Origin: Orbicella franksi
Lineage: Eukaryota
NCBI GenBank assembly: GCA_964199315.1
Contig: OZ116707.1
Location: 7,626,001 to 7,690,000, forward strand
Length of the DNA: 64,000 nucleotides
Reading direction: 5' to 3'
A program made the translations under genes and the position numbers. Every line of letters starts with the position of its first letter. Within the stretch, counting starts at the first letter, position 1. Below are positions 50,322 through 60,788 of the stretch, one piece after another. Under the pieces are notes generated by a model. It ran no database searches and was not told the origin of the DNA. It saw nothing but the letters and a program-made list of their open reading frames with translations.

Positions 50322-52243
50322 AGAGGCTTAACTCATCGTCGTTTCAATATATTCATGTGATGTTCTTACAGCAAATACTCCTATACAATAGCCATGTTTG
50401 ATACACGTTCCAAAATTTTTTGAAATAAACTTCATGGAATCATCACCTTTTGAAGACATGCCTTTTTTAAAAAAGCGTTTTTCTGTGACAATCTAGTGTC
50501 AAACTTTGCAAGGCTGTAGTATGCTATTGCTTCATTGGAATTCAATGAATTTTTCACAGATCTTTGCACTTGGATAATGTCGTAACATATTGAAAATTCA
50601 TGGCATTCCAATGAAAGCAAAGGAAGATATAGCACTTTGCACTTGCAATTGAGTTAGAGAAATTACGTGACTCATTATAAGACTTTGTATGGGAAATTGA
50701 ACTTCTCCATTACCTAGCAACCACACATGCAGAAACCTATACAAACCTACTCAAAAGATTCTTTATGTTGACAACTGTCATTTGATGAAGCCAAATCACG
50801 TATAAAATGTGAAATCACGTATAAAAAGCCCTCACTGTCAGAATCAGCAGAGTGGGCAAATCAACAAAGGGGGCAAGACAACACACATAGTGGGCAAGAC
50901 AACACTTGAAGGGGGCAAGACAACACACATGTGGGGGCAAGACAACAAACTGTGGGGGCAAGACAACACAGTGTGGGAAACATTATGTCATTTTTTAAAG
51001 CCAATATTAATACTAATCAAAACAAATAAGAACTATTAGACTATATCGTCTGTGATATTCAACTTTATTCATTAAAAAGAAAGTAAATTAACATTTTTCA
51101 CAGTTATTTAAGTACCTCGAGAGTACGCATTGCAGACCTATCTTTGTTAATAAAAAAAATTGATAAAAAATTCCACAATGGGCCGATTCATATGCAGTTT
51201 TCACCAATGAAGAGGTGAAGATCTCCGCTTTCCTGGTCTGACAATTTTAACCATGGTTTCACAAAATAAGCTTTTCCATATAGAGGTTTAACTCATTGTC
51301 GTTTCAATATATTCATGTGATGTTCTTACAGCAAATACTTCTATACAATAGCCATGTTTGATACATGTTCCAAAATGTTTTGAAATAAACTTCATGGAAT
51401 CATCACCTTTTGAAGACATGCCTTTTTTAAAAAAGCGTTTTTCTGTGACAATCTAGTGTCAAACTTTGCAAGGCTGTAGTACGCTTTTGCTTCATTGGAA
51501 TTCAATGAATTTTTCACAGATCTTTGCACTTGGATAATGCCGTAACATATTGAAAATTCATGGCATTCCAATGAAAGCAAAGGAAGATATAGCACTTTGC
51601 ACTTGCAATTGAGTTAGAGAAATTACGTGACTCATTATAAGACTTTGTATGGGAAATTGAACTTCTCCATTACCTAGCAACCACACATGCAGAAACCTAT
51701 ACCAACCTACTCAAAACATTCCTTATGTTGATGACTATCATTTGCTGAAGCCAAATCATGTATAAAATGTGAAATCACGTATAAAAAAGCCCTCACTGTC
51801 AGAATCAGCAGAGTGGGCAAATTAACAAAGGGACAAGACAACACACATAGTGGGCAAGACAACACTTGAAGGGGGCAAGACAACACACATGTGGGGGCAA
51901 GACAACACACTGTGGGGGCAAGACAACACACAGTGCGGGAAACATTATGTCATTTTTTTTAAGCCAATATTAATACTAATCAAAACAAAGAACAACTGTT
52001 AGACTATATCCTCTGTGATATTCAACTTTATTCATTAAAAAGAAAGTAAATTAACATTTTTCACAGTTATTTAAGTACCTTGAGAGTACGCATTGCAGAC
52101 CTATCTTTGTTAATAAAAAAAATTGATAAAAAATTCCACAATGGGCCAATTCATATGCAGTTTTCACCAATGAAGAGGTGAAGATCTCCGCTTTCCTGGT
52201 CTGACAATTTTAACCATGGTTTCACGAAATAAGCTTTTCCATA
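50322..52243. repeat. 960-bp tandem duplication; each copy has a GGGCAAGACAACAC cluster
   Basis: Units start at 50322 and 51282; clusters at ~50850-50972 and ~51820-51935. Confidence 0.92.
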
Positions 52244-52462
52244 TCACTTATGAAAATTACGCTTGATTGACAGCTGCCCATCAACCTCAAAATTTTTATT
52301 CAACTTATGACAAGAAAGAGCAATCACTTGGCTATACTCTGTGTGATTTTCAAGATGTTTGGTTAAAACGTAACTTTTGTACACGTTATCAAAGTTTTTC
52401 AAGTACCGTGTAAGTACGCCTTGCGGGCCTACAAACCACCATTAAAGACAAGCCTTGGAAGG

Positions 52463-53050
52463 GTAAGTACACTTTTTTTGAGCTCCGTTATTTTTGCTGT
52501 TTGGCACCCTTAGAACACTGAGCAGAAGCAATCAAACTATCGGAAGAGGTGTCTAAGGTGCTCGGGCACCTTTCTTAAACATTTTCTTCCCATAAAAAAT
52601 GGTTGCTTCTGCACAGGCTATGGTCAAAGTTTAAGGGTGCACTGTTTGACCACTATGTGTTTGAAGGACCTTGTTATTAGAACTTGAGGACCTTCTATTG
52701 ATGTTTTGATGTTATATTATGCTTGTTCATGTTGTAAGGAACCGTTTGGTGTTAATTTTTGTGAAATCGGTTCCTTTGTTAATTAGTTATGATGTCATTT
52801 GTGTCGAAACGTTACACCTTAATAACTTTGCCAGGTTTTAACTATTTGGCCAGCAAATTGTCGTGTTAGATAGGCCTTAACATAGGCTACGTGCATACCA
52901 AATTTTGTAAAATATGATAAAATCCTTGCAAAGTTATTAGCGGTTTAAGTTTTATACAAAATGGCGGACACAAGTTTGTCGGTACCATACCCTTAGGGGT
53001 TTTTTAACGCGAAAACGAGGTAAGGCTTTAACTTCCTCAAAGTCTTAGAG
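52463..53050 (+). promoter_or_regulatory. Module X copy in element B (5' intron)
   Basis: Donor GTAAGT at 52463; acceptor ttttccccttag shortly before ATG 53349; homologous to 31935-32520. Confidence 0.6.
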
Positions 53051-53348
53051 GATATTATGCCAGTGTTTCAAATTCACAGACATTATAAAATGGAGCAAGG
53101 GCTCTTCATTCAGGTTGTTGGTTTCACTTGGCACTAAGATATCTGTAAGTACTATGACTCAAATTTTAACTGTCCATAACTCAAAGAGAATGTAAGTGTT
53201 TCGGCTGAAATTTAGGGAACAATTACTACATATAAGGGGCTAACTGTTGATGCATTCTTGCATCAAACCGTTTAATTCTCTATGAGATATCAAAGTATAG
53301 ACATGGAGGTAAATGTTTTCCCCTTAGCTCTTTGGCTACTCAAAGAAA

Positions 53349-54383
53349 ATGGATGCGAAGTTAAATGGAATGGATCGGGTGAAGCATTTGGCACAGTTAG
53401 AAATGTGGGGCGACGAAGATGCCATCAAAAAACTATTCTTGGAGAACGTGGAGAGTGCAAAAGTCCCTGAAATAAAAGAGATTGAAAGGTCGGCAATTAC
53501 CACATGCCTTAATGTAGGAGGGAAAGTATACGTAGCAGGAGTGAAAATGGGATTGAATTGTTTGGAGAACAGTGCAAAAAACTTAATGGCGCTAGCCCAA
53601 TTTCTAGAAAAAGATCAGCTGAAAACAACCATTAAGCCTCAAATTGATAAAGACGATGTCTTGGTCAAAATGAGCCATGTTTGCAAGGACGCTGTCAATT
53701 GGTGTAAGAAGATTGGCGAAGAGAATGATGGAAGGTTCGTAAGGAATCTAAATTGGTATGCCGAGAAACTGGTAGATGCCCGAAATGGAGACCACGAAAC
53801 CCTTAAGCTACTAGACTTTGAGCGGATGCCTTCTTTAAAAATAAAGCCAATAGAACGGGTGCTGAGCCACATGTCATTGCAGCTTGACTACAGCAGGGCA
53901 AATGAGATCGCCACAACTGCTATCTACATGCAAAATACAACTTTGAGAGTAGTGAATCAGTTGACAATGGCCATGGCTACGCTCATGGCTAGAAAGTACT
54001 ATCCAGAAAAGAAAGCGCTTAGTTCTAAACCTGATGGACAAGACGTCTGCCAATCGCTGAATTCTGAGCTCAGTGAGCTGACATCATGGATGGACTTCAT
54101 AGAAGAAAACCGAAGGAAAGAAACAAACATTGAGGAGCAATTCGAAGACGAGGTACTGGATCCGTCATATCAACCAAACTCTTCAAGTGAAGAGAGTATG
54201 ACTGAAGGTGGAGACAAGACAGAAAGTGAGGCAGAAGAGGGGAAAAAAGGAGGAGAGAGAGTCCATGGAGGCACGTCAAGTATCTTAAACCAATTGCAAT
54301 TACAAGAGAAACTTTGCAAGCTGATTATCAGGATGCTGCCCTTTCCTTTTTGTGTGCCAAAGAACTCAGCTTGCAAGCGCTAA
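53349..54383 (+). CDS. Helical ORF of unknown function, probably the N-terminal extension of the YR-B polyprotein
   Basis: 344 open codons; an overlapping frame from ~54240 (PIAITRETLQADYQDAA..) resembles the YR-A N-terminus (PATTSKEALQQQLTDT..), implying frameshifts rather than a separate gene. Confidence 0.6.
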   Translation: MDAKLNGMDRVKHLAQLEMWGDEDAIKKLFLENVESAKVPEIKEIERSAITTCLNVGGKVYVAGVKMGLNCLENSAKNLMALAQFLEKDQLKTTIKPQIDKDDVLVKMSHVCKDAVNWCKKIGEENDGRFVRNLNWYAEKLVDARNGDHETLKLLDFERMPSLKIKPIERVLSHMSLQLDYSRANEIATTAIYMQNTTLRVVNQLTMAMATLMARKYYPEKKALSSKPDGQDVCQSLNSELSELTSWMDFIEENRRKETNIEEQFEDEVLDPSYQPNSSSEESMTEGGDKTESEAEEGKKGGERVHGGTSSILNQLQLQEKLCKLIIRMLPFPFCVPKNSACKR

Positions 54384-54498
54384 CATTAAACTCCGGATTG
54401 GCAATCAAATATATGACTCACGTAGCGAGGGAGGAGTTTGCAATAGACCTAAAAAGAAATCATGATATCAAGCTGTAAAAGAAGAAAAGAAGGAGATA

Positions 54499-57200
54499 AT
54501 GGCTGCAATAAAGGGTGACCTGGCAAATGCAAAAGTTGAAAAGTCTCAAAGCCAGGGAACTTCTTCGAATGAAGAAACAAGTAATGCAATGAAAACCGAA
54601 GGACAAAGCTACACAAGAAAGAGGAAACTGATTGAAACCAAAGAAGCAGAGTCAAGTCAGAAACACGCTAAAGTCAGTAACTCTAAGTCAACCTTAAAGG
54701 CGAAGTTTGACTTGACGATCAAAAAGGCATCCGAGAGCAACGATTCAGATGACAAAGAGGACGCCTTGGAGGAAACGGATGAAGAAACTGTTGCATCCAA
54801 AAAAAGGAGTCACCACGTGACAGTAAAATGTAGAGTTCCAGGATGCGGGCTGAGGGTGAAAGACATCAAGCGACATCTAAAGAGTCATGTGACCAGAAAG
54901 CAGCTAGAAGAGAGCGATGTCCCAAGGGCTGCTGCTATTTTAAAGGCAGGGAAGAGTCTCAGGGGGCCTCCACTAACCACCTCTAAAAAAGAAGCTGGAA
55001 GACCCGGCAGATTTAGAAAATGGTGCCCGGTGCCTGGATGCAACACCATCACTACCTACATAACCCAGCATTTGACAAAGGCACACAAGTTAAAGAGCAC
55101 AAACGTCGCATACAAGGTGCACTTGAAGAGCGCAAAGAGGTACAAGGGCATACAAGAGCTTGACATGTTGCTGAGCATGAAACCAGCTACCCCTGAAAAG
55201 ACAGAAATACAACACCAACGTGAGAAAACTAAGATTATGCCAGACAAAGCAAAAGCAGCAGAATTAGAAGATGAAACGGACGAGGAGGCTGCGGAACCAA
55301 TTGCAGAAGATAAAAGTGAAGGAGAACAGAGTGGAAAGCTTCCAGAAGACAAAGACGAAACTGATGAAGAGTCCGAAGAGGAAGCTAACGACAAGGAAGA
55401 ACTTGATCTGAAAAAGGTTAAGAAGCCAGAGTACTATTCAGCCACAACATTCTTAAATGCCCGTCACCAATGGCTCTGTGGGTTCTTCTCCTTTCTTCAA
55501 CTACCCTCAGCCGGGTACAAGAAACTTCAAAATTGGCTCCAACATGTCAGTCAAGTCCACAATATCCTTGAGGCACTCGACCCAAATGGTGACGACATCA
55601 CTATTCTGGGAAACGATTTTGGCGACATTGTATGGACAAAGTGGGTACACCCACATCTCCAAAACAACACCAAAGCACCAGGTACAATAACATCCTACTT
55701 GACGAGCCTGGAGAAGTTTTACATGTTTGTCACCTCCAATCGATACAACAAGAAAGACATGCCACCTCTGCATGGAAATTATCTGGACACATTCAAAGAA
55801 ACCATTAGTGCCCTGAAAGGCTGGAGGGCAACTGTTGACAATGAAACGCAACACATCCAGCACCGCGGCTTCCTAAAAGAGTGTGACACTATTCTAACAC
55901 CAGCTGACCTTAAGGGACTTGAGGAATCCAAACCGTACAGGGCAGGAATAAAAGCACTAAATGAGGCAAAAGCAGGGAAAAAACTCTCACTTCAAGAATT
56001 TACAGATGCACGCGATCTACTCCTAGTAAAACTTGCGCTGCTCGTGGGCTCAAGACCTGGCCCTTTGGAAAATGCCCTTTTAGAGGACTACTACGGTGCA
56101 AAGGAGAAAGATGGCAACAGCATCATCCTAATTCCGAAGCATAAGCGATCCAAAGCAGGCCCAGCAGCTTTAGGGATGGACAAAGAGCTCCAAATGCTCA
56201 TGGAAGTCTATGTAAAGAAGATCAGACCTATGTTTGCAAAAACTGACGTAGAGCATCTCTTTGTTAAAACTGACGGGGAACAATTCCAAAATAACACCAT
56301 TGGCAAACGTTTTGCAGCCTTCTGGGAGAAAAGTGGCGTGAGGAAGGACAAAAGAATCAGCCAAACATCAGTGAGAAAGTTTGTAACCACCGTGACCAAA
56401 CGGCACGCTCCACAGGAAATAGGCAACATACAGAAAGTCTTGTGCCATGGAGAGAGGTTGTCTAGAAATTGTTATTTAAGAGAAGACTTGACAGAGACGG
56501 CATCACGGGCAATGAACGTAATCAAGGACGTCACGTCAAAAGAAAGTGCCACACAATCAGAAGCCTCTAAGGATCACACTTCTGAACAAAATCCTCAGTT
56601 AAGTGAAGAAAATAATCCTCCTGTAGCAACAAAGGATGATGCCAGTCAAGAAGAACCTGAGCCGAAAAACCTATCATCATTATCCCACCTACCATCATGC
56701 AACAGACCCCTGGCAAACCAAGTCCACTAACCCTGAGGGAGAAAGAACAGATAACAAGACTCTTTTCAAAGGAGATAGAGAAAGGAGCTACGCAACAGCT
56801 GAAGACGGTCCGAAATAAAATGTGCACGACAATTGTCCTGCGAAGACTTATAACATCAAAGTCAAAAGTTAAACAAGTGACCAACTTTGTCAACTACCTT
56901 GTAGCCAGCAGGCCCTCAGAAGATGTCGAAGATTTGCCAGAGGAAAGAGTAGAAGTGGATGAATGGCTTGAAGGGATCGACGTGGAATCCTCACTCAAAT
57001 CTGGCAGCCGGAAGTTCTGGGATGAGGCAGATACAAAAACCATTGAAAAGGAATTCAAAAAGGTCAAAAAGTGCCCAACCAAACGGGAGCTGAAAGTCTT
57101 GTTCTTAAAAAACGAACGCCTTGCAGCCATCTGCGATAAGGAGGGATTCGCAAGACGCTACGAAAAAGTGAAGAGCATCATGAAGAGGTTGAACAAGTAA
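54499..57200 (+). pseudogene. YR-B: two C2H2-type fingers, acidic linker, core-binding and catalytic YR domains, Myb/SANT-like tail
   Basis: CRVPGC..KRHLKSH; WCPVPGC..QHLTKAH; GSRPG (R), KHKRS (K), TSVRK (R), LCH, NCY (Y). Frameshift near 56680 leads into ..RKFWDEADT..YEKVKSIMK. Confidence 0.92.
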
Positions 57201-57349
57201 TTGTCCATCGCAATGGTTGGTCCCGGTGGTGGGTGTGGTGTCATGTTGAGTTTGGCTAAAAGTAAAAAAAAAAATTTAAAATGAGTTCGTCCCGGCGGTG
57301 GTTGTGGCTACAAATAATATAGTAAACAACAATGCAAAATGTCTGAGAT

Positions 57350-57408
57350 ATTCGTCAGGGATCAAACACAAGCTAGGGTAACCAACCCCTGGGGAGTGCC
57401 CCACGAAT
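57350..57408 (-). ncRNA. Structured motif M2, copy 3
   Basis: Minus strand ATTCGT-GGGGCACTCCCCA-GGGGTTGGTTACCCT-AGCTTGTGTTTGATCCCTG-ACGAAT. Confidence 0.55.
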
Positions 57409-57659
57409 CTTCTCATTCTGCTTGTAAGTCGTTCCAAAGAAAAACAAAAAAACAAAAAACAAAAAAAGTCTAAAAGCAAAAGCAAAAAAAAGGTAAAACA
57501 AAAAAAAAACAAAAAAAAAGTGTATAAATGTTTGTATTCATGTCATGTATTGTAATGTATATGTTTGTCCCCGGATCTGAGGGCGATTCCTATTGAGGTG
57601 AATAGCTCGATGAAAGTGAAGGGTGTTGTGACGTCCTTGTGTTTGTTGTGTATGTGTTC

Positions 57660-57782
57660 CCTCTCACAGTAGCTCTGCCTTGTCGCGGTTGAGAGGCTTG
57701 TGTGCCTTCATGACCCTAAGAGCTATTCTGGCTATAATTGCCGGACATGCCTTAAGGGGAAAGGCCAGACTAAAGGGGCTAC
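57660..57782 (+). ncRNA. HDV-like ribozyme-fold candidate M1 (element B)
   Basis: P1 CCTCTCA/TGAGAGG, P2 GTAGCTCT/AGGGGCTAC, P3 GCC/GGT, L3 TTGTCGC, variable P4, J4/2 CTAA. Confidence 0.5.
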
Positions 57783-58127
57783 ACTACGTTTTTAACAAGT
57801 TTAATCTTCAGCAATAAACATTGAAAAAAAGGACACGGGTTTTACCTGAAGGAGTGAAATAACAGACTTCGAAACTTTATAATTAATGTAACTTACCAGA
57901 TAGCTCAATAAAATTGTTTACTCTTCAAGTGCATGACTACTGCTACATTTCCATTATGCCATCATTTTCCAACATGCTAACTGTGCTTGTCCATTTGAAT
58001 GACACCTGTCAAAAACAAATAAATCCTTAACATTCGCTGAGTATATTCTTTGCCACTTGCTAAATCTATGAAAAAAATTTTGCATTGCAAAATATTTTTT
58101 GTTGCCATTTTAAAGATTTCATTTGCG

Positions 58128-58286
58128 GATGGCCAACATCTTGGATTTTTGTCTAAAGGGGTTGCATAAACCTTTTAATCAAATTTTGAAAGTGTCTAAA
58201 AGACTTTCTTTTACTTAGTTTATCGCGACAATAGTTCTTGTAGCTATAAACTAAGTAAAAGAAAGTCTTTTAGACACTTTCAAAAT
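58128..58286. repeat. Palindrome with perfect 41-bp arms near the right end of element B
   Basis: 58183-58223 is the exact reverse complement of 58246-58286 (22-nt spacer); homologous to the element A palindrome. Confidence 0.85.
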
Positions 58287-58442
58287 CTCCAAATATGGCA
58301 AACATGAATTCGCAATCCTAGCCCTAACCAACACCCTCACAAGATTTCTGATGGCAAAAGAAATAATGTGTCCAAATTTAAGACAACTCACCCATAATGC
58401 ACAGGATCTAAGGAAAAAAACCCCTCAATGTCCGAGCCAGAA

Positions 58443-58594
58443 GAGTGGGCAAATCAACAAAGGGGGCAAGACAACAAAAAAAGTGGGCAAGACAACACAT
58501 TAAGTGGGCAAGACAACACACACGTGGGGGCAAGACAACACACGAAAGTGGGCAGGACAACACACAGAGTGGGCAGGACGACACAGGAACCTAG
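58443..58594 (+). repeat. Subterminal array of ~7 GTGGGCAAGACAACAC motifs at ~21-bp spacing
   Basis: Read directly; inverted copy at 49186-49201. Confidence 0.87.
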
Positions 58595-58648
58595 CCCTAA
58601 CCCCTAACCCCTAACCCCTAACTACTAACCCCTAACCCCTAACCCCTA
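58595..58648. repeat. Telomere-like tract: one CCCTAA followed by (CCCCTAA)n variants, 8 units
   Basis: Read directly; abuts the right arm of element B. Confidence 0.95.
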
Positions 58649-59673
58649 TATTTTCATTTGAAACAGCCCAAAAATGTCGGATTTCAAATTCTGTTGAGCA
58701 GAAAAATGCGAGCATCGCTGATAAGAGGGAGCTTGGCCGTTAACTTTACTTAGCCGAGGAATCAGTAGCAGTAAATCCTTTTCGGAAAATAGAGGCAAAT
58801 CTCTTTTCAGTCACTCCATCGAAATGCTTAGGCGTTTGAACGTTTAAGCACTTAAATGCTTGAACGTTCAAGGTGTAACTCGATTAGTACTTGGCGGCTC
58901 CAGTTACTAATTGAAAGTTAATTACTTCCTGTGTGATTATTGCATCATTTGTTCCAAAAAAAGTCACTGAGCGAGATTTTTTCGTCAACCTAGGAACCGA
59001 AATCATCACAGTCAATAAAATAAGATTGAAAGAGAATTTTCTGAAAGAAAAGATCAATAACAAGAAAGAACAGATTTGCAAGGTGCGTAGTAGCACCTAA
59101 TTCACATCCTTTAACATTAATCATTTCTTTTCTTTTGTTCTTCAGAGAAAAGCGGGCATCTATTTTCATTTGAAACAGCCCAGAAATGTCGGATTTCAAA
59201 TTCCGTTGAGCAGAAAAATGCGAGCATCGCTGATAACAGGGAGCTCGGCCGTTAACTTTACTTAGCTGAGGAATCAGTTGCAGTAAATCCTTTTCGGAAA
59301 ATAGAGGCAAATCTCTTTTCAGTCAATCCATCGAAATGCTTAGGTGTTTGAACGTTTAAGCACTTAAATGCTTGAACGTTCAAGGTGTAAGTCGATTAGT
59401 ACTTGGCGGCTCCAGTTACTAATTGAAAGTTAATTACTTCCTGTGTGATTATTGCATCATTTGTTCCAAAAAAAGTCACTGAGGGAGATTTTTTCGTCAA
59501 CCTAGGAAACCGAAATCATCACAGTCAATAAAATAAGATTGAAAGAGAATTTTCTGAAAGAAAAGATCAATAACAAGAAAGAACAGATTTGCAAGGTGCG
59601 TAGTAGCGCCTAATTCACATCCTTTAACATTAATCATTTCTTTTCTTTTGTTCTTCAGAGAAAAGCGGGCATC
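58649..59673. repeat. 512-bp tandem duplication starting immediately after the telomere-like tract
   Basis: Units 58649-59160 and 59161-59673 are near-identical. Confidence 0.93.
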
Positions 59674-60788
59674 GGATGAAAACAAACCTCCAGTAGTTCA
59701 ACGAGAACGGAGCTTGGAGATCCGGTGAGTTGAGTGAGAACCACTGCTTGATTCTCGTTTAAAACAGTCCATTTCAGATTTTGAATTTGCGTTTGGTAGA
59801 AAAATGAGTACATCACTGATTACATGGAGTAAGGACATTAACTTAACTGAGCCGAGAAATCAATTGCGGTTGATCATTTTCGGAAAACATAGAAGCCAAG
59901 TGTGAGGTCTTGAACATAGAAATTGCGCTGTTTATTAGGTTATTAGTTTTTGAAACTTTGGCGGAGAAATGATTGAGTGAAGTATTTTCACTAGTGTCGG
60001 AGAATTTTGGTTTTGGTGATAAATGGTGAGATATAGTTTTTAATTATATGTTTTTCTTTCAGATTGAAGTGCGGATTAGACGCGAAGAGCTACAAAACTC
60101 AAGCTGGACATCAAACCCAGTACTGGAAGATTTGGTGAGTTGTGTGTTTACACTGTTTCAAAATAAGACGACGTCGAAAGGAAAAGGATTGAGCTAAGCT
60201 TTCACTAGTGGGTCTGATTAAGGCTTCGGTAATGGCTATCAAAGTCTGTTTCAATTTCATCTCTCGTCACAAGAGTTGTAAAAGCTGGGAGCCGCTACTT
60301 AAGATACGACGATCTCCGGAGACGAAGCGCTTTCTATTCTTAGCAATAGAATTTAAAGGCACCATTTGCTAAATGTCAAGAACCATGGAAAATAGTACTT
60401 CAAATGTTCCTTTGTAAGGAATGTGGGTACATTTTACTCAGCGACCACTTTGATCCGGTTGCCATCAGACAGAAAATCTGGAAAACTTAGCTTAAAACTG
60501 AGCTTGTTGACTGAATGGGCTTGACATACTCCTAAAGAACCTCTCGTGCAAGAGACAGGGATCACTGAAATAATTTGTTCTAAAATGATAACCCTGGTAC
60601 ACATTCGTGCACCAGTGTTCAATATATAAATCTGTCTACATCCGTGTTACTAGTTGTAGATTATTTTTCACCTGCTTGACAAGGTGATGTGAAGAGAAAT
60701 AGGATGTTCTTTACTCTTGAGCCTAAGCATTAGAACAACTCTTACTGTAAAGTGCTATTGTTAATTTGTTTTTCTTGGTTATTATTAG

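Larger units (their letters stand above)
49173..58594 (+). mobile_element. Element B: 9.4-kb YR transposon between two telomeric tracts
   Basis: CCCTAA|TTAGGTTCCTGAAGTGTTGTCCTGCCCAC ... GTGGGCAGGACGACACAGGAACCTAG|CCCTAA; terminal arms match at 9 of 10 positions. Confidence 0.82.

Noticed and set aside
54235-54255. Programmed -1 frameshift linking ORF 53349 to YR-B
   Set aside because: The G/A run is not an in-frame X-XXY-YYZ heptamer, and further frameshifts follow; mutational decay is the simpler explanation.
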